Shown piece after piece: positions 46,555 through 56,510 of a DNA stretch of 60,017 bases. Source of the DNA: an uncultured Acidobacteriaceae bacterium (lineage in GTDB: Bacteria > Acidobacteriota > Terriglobia > Terriglobales > Acidobacteriaceae); contig CAXUDC010000001.1 of the NCBI GenBank assembly GCA_964249685.1, positions 1-60,017 on the forward strand. Direction: 5' to 3'. How positions within the stretch are numbered: position 1 is the stretch's first letter; every line of letters begins with the position of its first letter. The position numbers and the translations under genes are program-made. The notes below the pieces were generated by a model. It saw nothing but the letters and a program-made list of their open reading frames with translations. It had not been told where the DNA came from and made no database searches.

Positions 46555-47157
46555 TCAACCCCGCTTCCGCACCACCCAAGTCGTCATACACCGGTAATCC
46601 TGCACAATCGTCGTCTTCAGCGGGTCCACCAGCACCGCGTCCAGCTGCTGCGTCAACCGCAGCAGCATCGGCTCATCCACCAGAAACCACTCCGACCCAT
46701 CGCCAATCTCGTACACGTTCCCCCGCACCCGGCGGAAGTCCATCCCGATCCGCGAGCCCAGCCGGCAGAACAGCAGCCCACCCGGCCGCAGCACCCGCCA
46801 AAGCTCCCCAATCATCGCCAGAAAGTGCGCATCATCCCGCGCAAAATGCAGCACCGACCCGCAGATCACCGCATCCGCAAGCTCATCCGCAAACGGCATC
46901 GCCTCCAGCGCCGCCACCTGGAAGTTCGTCCCCGGCAGCCCCGGCGCAAGCTCCGCCGCCAGCGCCCGCACATGCGCCACGCCCTCCGCATCAGCATCCA
47001 CCGCGAACACCTCCACACCCTCCCGCAGCAGATACACCAGGTTCCGCCCAAACCCGCACCCTGCGTCGAGCACCCGCATCCCCGCCCCAAGATTCCCCCG
47101 TAGAATCTGGTCGAACACATAGATATCGACCTGTCCAAATTGTTCCTGAACCGTCAT
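46555..47157 (-). CDS. Class I SAM-dependent methyltransferase
   Basis: VLDAGCGFGRN; RVLRPGG; ATGA overlap with coaD. Confidence 0.88.
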   Translation of the reverse strand: MTVQEQFGQVDIYVFDQILRGNLGAGMRVLDAGCGFGRNLVYLLREGVEVFAVDADAEGVAHVRALAAELAPGLPGTNFQVAALEAMPFADELADAVICGSVLHFARDDAHFLAMIGELWRVLRPGGLLFCRLGSRIGMDFRRVRGNVYEIGDGSEWFLVDEPMLLRLTQQLDAVLVDPLKTTIVQDYRCMTTWVVRKRG

Positions 47158-47642
47158 GCCGTAGCCTTCGCCCGCAGCCGTTCCACCACCAGCGCCGGCA
47201 CCAGCCCGCTGATATCCCCGCCCAGCCGGAACACGCCCTTGATCAGCCGCGAGCTCACATACGTGTACTTCTCCGCCGGCATCATGAACAGCGTCTCCAG
47301 TTCCGGGTCCAGCTTCCGGTTCATCATAGCCATCTGAAACTCGTACTCATAATCGGAAATCGCCCGAATTCCCCGCAGCACAGCCGCCGCCCCTTGCTGC
47401 CGCGCAAAATCCACCAGCAGCCCGTCGAATGTCATCACGCTCACGTTCGGCATCGGTGCCACGGCCTCGGTAATCATCTCCACCCGTTCCGGAACCGAAA
47501 ACAGCGGCACGCCCTTATCCGAGTTGCGCAGAATCGCAACCACCAGCTGGTCCACAATCTTCGCCCCCCGCGCAATCAGGTCGAGGTGCCCATTCGTAAG
47601 CGGGTCAAACGTACCCGGATAAATTGCCTTCACAGTGTGCAT
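47154..47642 (-). CDS. coaD: Phosphopantetheine adenylyltransferase
   Basis: AIYPGTFDPLTNGHLD, RGIRAISDYEYE, VSSRLIK. Confidence 0.95.
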   Translation of the reverse strand: MHTVKAIYPGTFDPLTNGHLDLIARGAKIVDQLVVAILRNSDKGVPLFSVPERVEMITEAVAPMPNVSVMTFDGLLVDFARQQGAAAVLRGIRAISDYEYEFQMAMMNRKLDPELETLFMMPAEKYTYVSSRLIKGVFRLGGDISGLVPALVVERLRAKATA

Positions 47643-47681
47643 AACCATCCGAGTATACCCACCACCCATCACCACAGTCCC

Positions 47682-47806
47682 GTGCCCCATTCATCACGGC
47701 TTCATCGTGATGGGTGGGACCAGCACACCCCAAGGCTCTCCCCATCCCGGCTACCCCATCCAGGGTGCCCCACGATCACCGCGGCCTGATCGCGGCTTAT
47801 CGTGGG
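47682..47806 (+). repeat. Two tandem family A REPs (47682-47719 short variant; 47763-47806 long variant)
   Basis: Same two subtypes as the pair at 34-148, in the opposite order. Confidence 0.85.
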
Positions 47807-47988
47807 AAAAGTCTCTGCCCCAGCTCCCTAGTTCCAAAAACGAACCACCCACTCAAATCGCAAGAAATTCATAACCCAACCCACCCCGAACCCGCTATAG
47901 TAAGAGCATTCTCTCCACCACCATAGAACACCCTCGCAAAACCCTTCCACCGCGCCCACAAAGCGCCCCAACCTGGAGGTCCGGCCCG

Positions 47989-50151
47989 ATGCTCACCCGC
48001 TCGTCTGCTAAGTTCCTGCTTCTCCCCTTGTCCGCTGTCGCCTGCGTCCTCGCCACCGGCTGCGCCAACATGGCCGGCACCGCCACCGCCACCAGCCCGG
48101 CTGGCAACGGCTCCATTGCAGGCACGCTGCACGGCGGCAACCAGCCCATCAGCGGGTCGGATATCCGCCTCTACTCCGCCGGAACCACCGGCTACGGCTC
48201 TCAGGGAACCCTCTACGCCGTCACCACCAGCGCCGCCGACAGCACCTTCGGCTTCACCCGCACCGCTGGCGCCGGCCCCACCACCACCAAGGTCTACGGC
48301 TGCCCCACCGACGGCACCGACCCCCAGATGTACATCACCGCCAAGGGCGGAAACACGCAGGGTGCCGGCAACGGAACCAACACCGCCGCCGTCTACATCG
48401 CCGCCATCGGCAAGTGCAGCACCATCGCCAACACCTACGTCACCATGAACGAAGTCACCACGGTCGGCACCATGGCCGCGCTCCAGCAGTACTTCGCGCC
48501 CGGCAACGCCACCACCTCCAACCTCAACCAGCTCGGCTATCCCGCGACCACCCAGGCCGCACAGGGCTTCGCCAACGCCGTCGCCACCATCCCCAACCTC
48601 GTCTCGCTCGCCGGCGGCAACGTCAACACCGGTGCCAGCCAGACCGCCACGCCCGCCGGCATCAACACCTCCGTCACCGTGACCATCACCCCTGAAATCA
48701 ATAAGATCGACACGCTCGCCAACATCATCGCGGCCTGCGTCAACACCACGACCGCCACCACCGGCAACTGCGCCACCCTCTTCACCAACGCCACCCCGCC
48801 CAACTCCGCCGTCACCAGCCAGCCCGCCCTCAGCTATGGCACGGCCACCGACACCCTGCAGGCGCTCTACTATATGTTGACCAACCCCACCAACGGCAGC
48901 GCCACCAACCTCAACAACCTCTTCGCCCTTCAGAACGCCCAGGCGCCCTTCCAGCCCATGGCCGCCACCGCGCCCACCGACTGGACCGTAGCCCTCAAGT
49001 ACACCAGTGCCAGCGCCTGCGCCACCGGGACCGCCAATTTCCTCGCGTACGCCTACCACCTCGCCGTAGACGCGACCGGCAACATCTGGGCCGTCTCGAA
49101 CGCGACCGGCGGCAACCTCTTTGAGGTCTCGCCCGCCGGCGTCCCGCTCACCTGCAACATCGGCGCAACCGTCGGCAAGAGCACCGGCATGGCCATCGAC
49201 ACGGCCGGAAACGTCTGGGTCGGCGGTACTGCCAGCGCCAACCTCTACAAGTACAGCATCGCCGGTTCCAACTACACCACCTGGCCGCTCCCAACCGGAG
49301 TCAACGGGACGCAGTCCGTCGCGATCGACCGCTCCGGTGACGTAATCGGTTCCAACTACGCCGGTGGAACCCTCTTCGACTTCGCCAACGGCGCAAACAC
49401 GACCACGCCGGCGACAGCCATCACCATCTCCTCCACTGTCGGAACCCAGCCCTACTTCCTTGGCATCGACACCGCCAACCGCATCTTCGCCACCAACTCC
49501 ACAACCACCAACACCTTCTACGACGTCTACCCCGCCACCGACGCCAACAACGTGAACGGATACGACACCGCCAACATCGGCACCGCCACCTCCGTCACCA
49601 ACGGCTACGGTTCAGCCGCGGGCCTGGCCGGTACCATCGCCACGGCAAACGGGAACAACGCCGCCAGCACCGTCTCCAACACCATCTCCATCTTCACCCC
49701 GACCACCACGGCAGGTACGGTCACCACTACCTTCACCTCACCCCAATACTCGGGCGGGCTCGTCGGCCCGCGGGAACTCGCCATCGATGGCGCCGGGAAT
49801 CTCTGGACGGCCAGCTCCACGGCCGCCGGCGGCAACTACGTCACCGGGGCCACCACCTCCGGCCTCTACATCATCAACGAATTCGCCCAGGGCGGTGCCG
49901 CACTCTCACCCACCGGCACTGCGTCCTCCACCACCACCGTCACCGGCGGCTACCAGAAGGATGCCACCGTTCTTCCCGTTCCTCCGCGCGGCATCGTCAT
50001 CGACCCCTCCGGCAACGTCTGGGTAGGCTCCAATGCCTCCACCGGCACCAGCATCACGGAGCTCGTCGGAGCCGGCGTCCCCGTCGTCACCCCTATCGCC
50101 GCCGCCCTCGCCGCCGGCGTCACCACCACCAACGCGGTCTCCAAACCCTAA
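47989..50151 (+). CDS. Acidobacterial NHL-repeat lipoprotein
   Basis: GGAGG RBS; lipobox LATG-C; LHGGNQPI; NEVTTV; PTDWTVA; repeated AID..GN.W; G...PVVTP. Confidence 0.85.
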   Translation: MLTRSSAKFLLLPLSAVACVLATGCANMAGTATATSPAGNGSIAGTLHGGNQPISGSDIRLYSAGTTGYGSQGTLYAVTTSAADSTFGFTRTAGAGPTTTKVYGCPTDGTDPQMYITAKGGNTQGAGNGTNTAAVYIAAIGKCSTIANTYVTMNEVTTVGTMAALQQYFAPGNATTSNLNQLGYPATTQAAQGFANAVATIPNLVSLAGGNVNTGASQTATPAGINTSVTVTITPEINKIDTLANIIAACVNTTTATTGNCATLFTNATPPNSAVTSQPALSYGTATDTLQALYYMLTNPTNGSATNLNNLFALQNAQAPFQPMAATAPTDWTVALKYTSASACATGTANFLAYAYHLAVDATGNIWAVSNATGGNLFEVSPAGVPLTCNIGATVGKSTGMAIDTAGNVWVGGTASANLYKYSIAGSNYTTWPLPTGVNGTQSVAIDRSGDVIGSNYAGGTLFDFANGANTTTPATAITISSTVGTQPYFLGIDTANRIFATNSTTTNTFYDVYPATDANNVNGYDTANIGTATSVTNGYGSAAGLAGTIATANGNNAASTVSNTISIFTPTTTAGTVTTTFTSPQYSGGLVGPRELAIDGAGNLWTASSTAAGGNYVTGATTSGLYIINEFAQGGAALSPTGTASSTTTVTGGYQKDATVLPVPPRGIVIDPSGNVWVGSNASTGTSITELVGAGVPVVTPIAAALAAGVTTTNAVSKP

Positions 50152-50199
50152 CCCCCTCTAATCAGGTCTTTGGGTGGAAGCAGGCGCTCTCTAACCCTC

Positions 50200-50242
50200 G
50201 GGGTGCCCCATGATCACCGCAGCTTCATCGCGGGATCGTGGG
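50200..50242 (+). repeat. REP-like family A
   Basis: GGGGTGCCCCATGATCACCGCAGCTTCATCGCGGGATCGTGGG. Confidence 0.88.
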
Positions 50243-50282
50243 CGCAATCCCCCAAACCCAACCCCAACCCCAAACCCTTGAC

Positions 50283-50312
50283 AAAAAGCCCCGGCAAACA
50301 CCGGGGCTTTTT
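50283..50312. terminator. Intrinsic terminator, possibly bidirectional
   Basis: AAAAAGCCCCGG-CAAACA-CCGGGGCTTTTT. Confidence 0.85.
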
Positions 50313-50363
50313 CGCGCATGCGCCAGCCCTCTGCTGCCATCATCGTCGTTGCTCGTTTTCCGC

Positions 50364-50397
50364 CGTCATCCTGAGCACAGCGAGGAACCCCCGCATT
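50364..50397 (+). repeat. CGTCATCCTGAG-type REP-like element
   Basis: CGTCATCCTGAGCACAGCGAGGAACCCCCGCATT; shares the GTCAT foot of family B. Confidence 0.6.
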
Positions 50398-50438
50398 GTC
50401 GCTGCGACTATCATCGAATCAAACCATTCAAACTAAAG

Positions 50439-50520
50439 CCAGATCAACCCTGTATCCACTTTGAATCTAACCCCAGTCTTTTGAAGATCTTAGAATCAAA
50501 CAGAGGGGGGAGGGGCACCC
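50439..50520 (+). repeat. Non-palindromic dispersed repeat G, copy 2
   Basis: Same blocks and same 8 nt spacer as 17913-17983. Confidence 0.8.
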
Positions 50521-50537
50521 TCCAGTAGAATAGCCCC

Positions 50538-51725
50538 ATGGATCTGACAGCCATCCAATCCGCTCTCCAGCAAGCCAGCCTTCAAGGCTGGCTCTTCTAC
50601 GACCATCACCATCGCGATCCGCTCGCCTACAAGATCCTTGGGCTCGACGCTAACTCTTTTGTTTCCCGCAGATGGTTCTACTTCATCCCCGCCGAAGGAG
50701 AGCCCAGCCAGCTCGTCCATCGCATCGAATCCGGCAAACTCGACAGCCTTCCAGGCAGCAAACGCGAGTACAGCTCGTGGCAGGAACTAGAGCGCGAACT
50801 CGCCGCAATGCTCGCTGGTTCAGGCACCATCGCAATGCAATACAGCCCGCGAAACGCCATCATGTACGTCTCCATGGTCGACGCCGGAACCGTGGAACTC
50901 CTGCGCGAGCTCGGCAAAACCATCGTCAGTTCCGCAGACCTGATCAGCCAGTTCGAAGCCGTACTCACCGAGCACCAGATCGCAACCCACTTCACCGCGC
51001 AGCGCAAGCTCGACGAGGTCCTCGCCGCAGGCTGGAACCGCATCTCCGAAGCCGTCCGCGGCGCAGGACCAGGTCTTGGTGTAGGAATCGATGAGTTCGC
51101 CCTCGTCAACTTCCTCCGCGAAGGCATCGAGCGAACAGGCCTCTTCACCGATCACGGACCCAACGTCAGCGCAGGCCCAAACTCTGCCGATTCGCACTAC
51201 GAACCGACTGCGGAATCCTCCCGCAAACTCGCCCTCGGCGACTTCGTCCTCATCGATATCTGGGCCAAACTCCCCGAATCAGACGCAATCTGGTACGACA
51301 TCACCTGGACCGGAGTCATCGGCCGCGAGCCCACCGAGCGCGAGCAGCTCGTCTTCTCGACCGTCCGCGATGCGCGCAACGCCAGCATCCAGATCATCCA
51401 GCAAGCCTTCGCCGCAGGCAACTCCATCGCAGGCTGGCAAGCCGACGATGCCTCGCGCAGCGTCATCACCAACGCAGGTTTCGGCGCTTGGTTCACACAC
51501 AGAACCGGTCATTCCATCGCCACGGACCTGCACGGTCCAGGAGCGCATCTCGACAATCTCGAGACCCACGACGAGCGCCTGATTCTGCCCAATACCTGCT
51601 TCTCGGTCGAGCCCGGAATCTACTTTCCCGGCGAGTTCGGCGTGCGCAGCGAGGTTGATATGATCGCGCTTGCCGGACGCGCGGTCGTCACCGGACCAGC
51701 GCAGACGGAACTTCTCAGGCTCTGA
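50538..51725 (+). CDS. M24-family (Xaa-Pro) aminopeptidase
   Basis: DFVLID, YDIT, HRTGHSI, SVEPGIY, GVRSE metal ligands. Confidence 0.9.
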   Translation: MDLTAIQSALQQASLQGWLFYDHHHRDPLAYKILGLDANSFVSRRWFYFIPAEGEPSQLVHRIESGKLDSLPGSKREYSSWQELERELAAMLAGSGTIAMQYSPRNAIMYVSMVDAGTVELLRELGKTIVSSADLISQFEAVLTEHQIATHFTAQRKLDEVLAAGWNRISEAVRGAGPGLGVGIDEFALVNFLREGIERTGLFTDHGPNVSAGPNSADSHYEPTAESSRKLALGDFVLIDIWAKLPESDAIWYDITWTGVIGREPTEREQLVFSTVRDARNASIQIIQQAFAAGNSIAGWQADDASRSVITNAGFGAWFTHRTGHSIATDLHGPGAHLDNLETHDERLILPNTCFSVEPGIYFPGEFGVRSEVDMIALAGRAVVTGPAQTELLRL

Positions 51726-51758
51726 ACGCGTAGCTGAAACTGCTATGATGGAAGCTAG

Positions 51759-52172
51759 ATGACGACTCAAGTACAGGTTTCCGCCGCACCCGCGGCGAGG
51801 TCGCAAAGCCAAGCCGTATTAGCCCTGATCGCAGGCTGGCTGGTTCCAGGCGCAGGCCACTTTGTGATCCGCAAGCCCATTCGCGGCGCGCTGCTGTTCG
51901 TGTCGATCGTGTCCATGTTCGTCCTCGGCTGCGCAATGCAGGGCAAGATCTACAACCCGAACACAGGCGATCTGCTCGACATTCTCGGTTTCGTCGGCCA
52001 GCTCGGCGCGGGAATTCTCTACTTCCTCGCACGCACGTTCGGCTGGGGAGCGCCAAGCGTCGTGCTGGCAACTGCCGATTACGGAACCAAGTTCATCGTC
52101 GTCGCAGGCCTCCTCAACATCGTGGCCGCGGTCGACGCGCATTCGCTGGCCAACGGAAGGAAGGCATCATGA
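51759..52172 (+). CDS. Small membrane protein (DUF6677-like)
   Basis: WLVPGAGH motif; 3-4 TM; AGLLNI...DA. Confidence 0.7.
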   Translation: MTTQVQVSAAPAARSQSQAVLALIAGWLVPGAGHFVIRKPIRGALLFVSIVSMFVLGCAMQGKIYNPNTGDLLDILGFVGQLGAGILYFLARTFGWGAPSVVLATADYGTKFIVVAGLLNIVAAVDAHSLANGRKAS

Positions 52173-52345
52173 CCTTGAGCCACTTCGCTGCTGTGCTGGT
52201 GTTTTCCTTTTTCACTTCGATCGTCTTCGGCATCACGCAACGCGCGGAGCCTAGGATGATGGTCCGCTTCGGAGCCTTCTGCTTCGCCGTCTTCGTGGGC
52301 GGCACGATCGCGGCGAGCTGGGCCATGTTCCTGATCAAACGCTAG
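52169..52345 (+). CDS. Small 2-TM hypothetical protein (58 aa)
   Basis: ATGA overlap with the upstream gene; MTLSHFAAVLVFSFFTSIVFGITQR...; not in the ORF track. Confidence 0.7.
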   Translation: MTLSHFAAVLVFSFFTSIVFGITQRAEPRMMVRFGAFCFAVFVGGTIAASWAMFLIKR

Positions 52346-52385
52346 TCATTATAAGCTCAGAGCTCCCAGCTGACAGCTCTGAGGC

Positions 52386-52421
52386 AAAAGCAAAGGCCCG
52401 CATCTTCACGATGCGGGCCTT
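52386..52421 (-). terminator. Terminator after rplQ
   Basis: AAGGCCCGCATC-TTCAC-GATGCGGGCCTT stem followed by a T-rich tail on the minus strand. Confidence 0.8.
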
Positions 52422-52435
52422 CTTGCTGGATGGAA

Positions 52436-52915
52436 CTAGACCTCAGCGCTCGGGTCGCCCTGCTCGCCAGGTCCCTGCTCCTGCATCTGCTTTTCGAGTT
52501 CTTCACGCTTCTTGGCGCGGGCTTCTTCGCGCTTCTGCGCCTTCTCGTTCAGCTCGGTCTCGGCGCCGAGGAGCTCGATCACGGCCATCTCGGCAGCGTC
52601 GCCCTTGCGCGTGTAGGTGCGGACGATGCGCAGGTAACCACCTGGACGCGTCGCATAGCGCGGCGCAACGGTCGAGAACAGGCGCGTGACGGACTCGTCC
52701 GTCATCATGTAGGCGAGCGCCTGGCGACGGGAGTGAACATCGCCCTTCTTGCCCAGCGTGATCATCTTTTCGACGATCGGGCGCGAAGCCGTGCACTTCG
52801 TGATGGTGGTCTCGACGCGGTCGTTGAGAATGATGGAGGTGACAAGGTTGCGCAGCATGGCGCGACGATGAGAGGTGTTGCGGCCGAGCTTGAAGCCGCC
52901 ATTACGATGACGCAT
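52436..52915 (-). CDS. rplQ: 50S ribosomal protein L17
   Basis: MRHR...KLGR..SHR.AMLRNL; RPGGYLRI. Confidence 0.97.
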   Translation of the reverse strand: MRHRNGGFKLGRNTSHRRAMLRNLVTSIILNDRVETTITKCTASRPIVEKMITLGKKGDVHSRRQALAYMMTDESVTRLFSTVAPRYATRPGGYLRIVRTYTRKGDAAEMAVIELLGAETELNEKAQKREEARAKKREELEKQMQEQGPGEQGDPSAEV

Positions 52916-53035
52916 GGTGAGTCTCCTTCGACGCCCGCTTCTGCGGGAATCGGATGGTTCCGAATAGTTATGAGTTGCTAGTCTCTAGTTGCTAGTAGAA
53001 GCTCCTGGAGCCGAGATAACGGCTCCAGGATCGAG

Positions 53036-54139
53036 TTAGAAGTTTTCGGGCTCGTTGGCGAGGTCGAGATCGTCATCCTCGTCTTCGTCGTCCTCATCGT
53101 CGTCATCGTCGAAGCCGCCGTAGCTGGCCGCGAGGGTGGCGCTGGGGAGAACGGAGGTCGGACCAGGCTGCGGATTGCCGTTCTCGTCGATCTTCATGCC
53201 GAGCGACAGGCCCATCTGCGCGAGGATCTCCTTGATCTCGTTCAAGCTCTTGCGGCCGAAGTTCTTGGTCTTCAGCATCTCGGCTTCGGTCTTCTGGATG
53301 AGCTCGCCGATGGTGGCGATATTGGCATTCTTCAGGCAGTTGTAGCTGCGGACCGAAAGCTCAAGCTCTTCGACTGAACGGTTGAGGTTCTCGTTGCGGA
53401 TTGACGGACCGTCGAAGCCGCCGTCGTGGCCGGCTTCCATCTCCTCTTCAAAGTTGATGAAGATGGTCATGTGGTCTTTGAGCAGCTTGGCCGAGAGGCC
53501 GAGTGCGTCCGCGGGGAGCACCGTTCCGTTAGTCCAGATCTCGAGCGAGAGCTTGTCGTAGTCGGTAATCTGACCGAGACGCGCCGCTTCGACGACGTAG
53601 TTGACCTTGCGGACAGGCGAGTGGACGGAATCGACGGGGATAAAGCCGAGGCCGAGGTCGGCATCGAAGTTCTTGTCCGCCGAGATATAGCCGCGCCCGC
53701 GCTTGAGGCGCATTTCCATGTCGATCTTGCCGCCTTCGGAGATGGTGCAGACGTAGACGTTCGGGTCGAGGATCTCGACATCGCCATCAGCCTCGATCAT
53801 GCCCGAAGTGATGACACCGGCAGCGTCAGCGCGGAGGTAGAGCGCCTTGGGGCCGTCGCCCGAGAGCTTGAACGGGATCTGCTTCAGGTTGAGGATGATG
53901 TCGGTTGCGTCTTCGACGACGCCGGTGATCGACTGGAACTCGTGCAAGACGCCTTCGATGCGGACAGCGGTTACGGCCGCGCCTTCAATCGACGAGAGCA
54001 GCGTACGGCGAAGGGCGTTGCCGATCGTCGTACCGAAGCCGCGCTCGAACGGCTGAGCGCTGAACTTGCCGTATTTCTGGGTAAGGGTGTCATTTTCGAC
54101 GGCGAGACGCTTGGGCTTCTGGAAACCTCTCCAAAGCAT
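53036..54139 (-). CDS. rpoA: RNA polymerase alpha subunit
   Basis: [16 protein letters not shown]; [12 protein letters not shown]; [10 protein letters not shown]. Confidence 0.98.
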   Translation of the reverse strand: MLWRGFQKPKRLAVENDTLTQKYGKFSAQPFERGFGTTIGNALRRTLLSSIEGAAVTAVRIEGVLHEFQSITGVVEDATDIILNLKQIPFKLSGDGPKALYLRADAAGVITSGMIEADGDVEILDPNVYVCTISEGGKIDMEMRLKRGRGYISADKNFDADLGLGFIPVDSVHSPVRKVNYVVEAARLGQITDYDKLSLEIWTNGTVLPADALGLSAKLLKDHMTIFINFEEEMEAGHDGGFDGPSIRNENLNRSVEELELSVRSYNCLKNANIATIGELIQKTEAEMLKTKNFGRKSLNEIKEILAQMGLSLGMKIDENGNPQPGPTSVLPSATLAASYGGFDDDDDEDDEDEDDDLDLANEPENF

Positions 54140-54321
54140 AGTGGTTCTCCTTTTCCTTGCTGCCCGCGAAGCACTCTGCGGGTCGGCAGTCTTACAGGGA
54201 CTTGCAGGTGTAAGGGAGATCCGCTTACCAGCCTGGAAGCAGGCTGGTAAGTCGAATTTCGTAAGGCGTTCCGAATAGTTACTAGTTGCTAGTTTCTAGT
54301 AAGGACTAATGAAGCTTTGAC

Positions 54322-54954
54322 TTACTTGCTGTAGAGTTCGACGATCAGCTGCTCGTTGACGGGGAGCTGTATGTCCTCGCGCTTGGGCAGGGCGACGATC
54401 TTGCCGGATAGCGTGTCGCGGTTGATGTCGATCCAGGTCACGGACTGCAGGCCGCCGGCGAACTCCTTGGCAGTCTCGAGGATGCCCATGGCCTTGCTGT
54501 TTTCACGAACCTGGATCTCGTCACCGACCTTGCACTGGAAGGAGGGGATGTTGACCTTGCGGCCGTTGACCACGATGTGGCCGTGGCGGACGATCTGGCG
54601 CGCCTGGCGGCGGCTGGTGGCCAGGCCCATGCGGTAGCAGACGTTGTCGAGACGGGTCTCAAGCTGCTGCAGGAGCAGGTCGCCGGTGACGCCAGTCTTG
54701 TTCGAGGCCTTCTGGTAGTAGGCGCGGAACTGGGTCTCGAGCGTGAAGTAGATGCGCTTGGCCTTCTGCTTTTCACGCAGCTGCAGACCGTAGCCTACAA
54801 CCTTTTTGACCTTGCGCGACTGGCCGTGCTGACCTGGGGGAAAGTTACGCTTTTCTACGGGGCACTTTTCTGTGAAGCACTTGGGGCCTTTGAGGAAGAG
54901 CTTGACGCCGTCGCGGCGGCACATGCGGCAGACGGGTCCTGTATAACGTGCCAT
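54322..54954 (-). CDS. rpsD: 30S ribosomal protein S4
   Basis: MARYTGP.CR.CRR; QLREKQK; LETRLDN. Confidence 0.98.
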   Translation of the reverse strand: MARYTGPVCRMCRRDGVKLFLKGPKCFTEKCPVEKRNFPPGQHGQSRKVKKVVGYGLQLREKQKAKRIYFTLETQFRAYYQKASNKTGVTGDLLLQQLETRLDNVCYRMGLATSRRQARQIVRHGHIVVNGRKVNIPSFQCKVGDEIQVRENSKAMGILETAKEFAGGLQSVTWIDINRDTLSGKIVALPKREDIQLPVNEQLIVELYSK

Positions 54955-55078
54955 TTGAATCTCCTGATTCGGGTGTCGATCGCTTTACACGCAGGCTTGC
55001 GCTTCTTCGCGATCCTTTTGAGGTGGAATTTCAAGCTGTCAGCTCACAGCTATGAGCTGACAGCTTGAAGCGGATGGA

Positions 55079-55507
55079 TCAGACGCGGCGGCGCTTGGGC
55101 GGGCGGCAACCGTTGTGCGGCATCGGCGTAACGTCACGGATGGAGCGGACGTCGATGCCGGCGGTTGCGAGGGCACGGATGGCGGACTCACGGCCGGACC
55201 CGGGACCGGAGACGCGGACATCGACCGAGCGGAGGCCGTGCTCACGGGCGCCGTTGGCGGCGCCAACCGCAGCCTGCTGCGCGGCGAATGGGGTTCCCTT
55301 GCGGGAGCCGCGGAAACCGAGCGAACCGGAGGATTTCCAGCTGATCGTGTTGCCGGTCTGGTCCGTAATGGTCACGATAGTGTTGTTGAACGACGCCTGG
55401 ATGAAGACAAGACCGTATGGAACGTTTTTGCGTTCGCGCTTCTTGAACTTCTTGCCTTTGCCCGAGGCGGCCTTACCGGACTTCTGCTGATTTTGGGTCT
55501 TCGCCAT
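55079..55507 (-). CDS. rpsK: 30S ribosomal protein S11
   Basis: [11 protein letters not shown]; [11 protein letters not shown]; [13 protein letters not shown]. Confidence 0.98.
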   Translation of the reverse strand: MAKTQNQQKSGKAASGKGKKFKKRERKNVPYGLVFIQASFNNTIVTITDQTGNTISWKSSGSLGFRGSRKGTPFAAQQAAVGAANGAREHGLRSVDVRVSGPGSGRESAIRALATAGIDVRSIRDVTPMPHNGCRPPKRRRV

Positions 55508-55887
55508 TACTTGGTCGCCTTCTTCTTTCCGGCAACCGTACCCTTACGGGGACCCTTGCGCGTACGAGCGTTGGTGTGGGTGCGCTGACCGCGGACGGGC
55601 AACGAGCGGCGATGACGCAGGCCGCGGTAGGACTGGATTTCGATCAGGCGCTTGATGTTAAGCGAGATCTCCTTGCGGAGATCACCTTCGATCTGGCCTT
55701 GCTTTTCGATGATCTGCCGGATGGTGTTGAGCTGGTCCTCGTCAAGCGTACCGACCTTGACGATGGGATCAATGTCGGCTTCGGTGAGAATCTTCGCGGC
55801 GCGAGAGTCTCCGATGCCAAAGATGTAGGTGAGACCGATGCGTACCTGCTTGTTGTTGGGTACGTCGACTCCGGCAATACGTGCCAT
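55507..55887 (-). CDS. rpsM: 30S ribosomal protein S13
   Basis: MARIAGVD; [23 protein letters not shown]. Confidence 0.98.
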   Translation of the reverse strand: MARIAGVDVPNNKQVRIGLTYIFGIGDSRAAKILTEADIDPIVKVGTLDEDQLNTIRQIIEKQGQIEGDLRKEISLNIKRLIEIQSYRGLRHRRSLPVRGQRTHTNARTRKGPRKGTVAGKKKATK

Positions 55888-55977
55888 GGTGTGAGTCCTT
55901 TGGGTTGGTTCGCGGCGTGGCCGGGAATGGGGGTTAGGGGTGACGGACATTCTTCCGGGTTCGACGCAAGCCTTTGA

Positions 55978-55986
55978 ACTTTAGCA
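55978..55986 (-). promoter_or_regulatory. Candidate extended -10 (TGcTAAAGT) for the alpha-operon promoter
   Basis: Located between rpmJ and rpsM, about 90 nt upstream of rpsM. Confidence 0.4.
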
Positions 55987-56034
55987 TCAAGTTCGGCTAA
56001 CTAGCCCGGGAGAGCCGGTAACGATGCCGGGGGA

Positions 56035-56148
56035 TTAGCCCTGGCGCTGCTTGTGCTTGGCGTTCTCGCAGATGACGCGAACGACGCCACGGCGATGAAT
56101 AACCTTGCACTTGTCGCAGATCTTCTTAACTGAGGCACGGACTTTCAT
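56035..56148 (-). CDS. rpmJ: 50S ribosomal protein L36 (Zn-binding form)
   Basis: [37 protein letters not shown]; AGGAG RBS; not in the ORF track. Confidence 0.97.
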   Translation of the reverse strand: MKVRASVKKICDKCKVIHRRGVVRVICENAKHKQRQG

Positions 56149-56221
56149 TCCTACTCCTGGGACAGATGGGGATTGAGACTGTAGAAGGCTCGGTCTGCTG
56201 AGAGCTTTGAGCCGACAGCTA

Positions 56222-56440
56222 CTATTTGTAGCGGTATACGATACGGCCGCGATTCAAGTCGTAGGGGCTCAACTCGATCGCGACCCGGTCGCCGGTGAGG
56301 ATGCGGATGAAGTTCTTGCGCATGCGGCCTGAGACGTGCGCCAGAGCCTGGTGCTTGTTTTCAAGCTCCACCTTGAACATGGCATTGGGCAGGATCTCGA
56401 CGACCACGGCCATCACTTCAATTGCATCTTCCTTCGACAA
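56222..56440 (-). CDS. infA: Translation initiation factor IF-1
   Basis: TTG start with AGGAG; KEDAIE; [12 protein letters not shown]; SPYDL.RGRI.YR. Confidence 0.97.
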   Translation of the reverse strand: MSKEDAIEVMAVVVEILPNAMFKVELENKHQALAHVSGRMRKNFIRILTGDRVAIELSPYDLNRGRIVYRYK

Positions 56441-56510
56441 ACGGATCTCCTTGGTAGAACGGTGCTGGTTCTGCACCATGTTCGATACTAGAACAGAACG
56501 GTGGAAAAGT

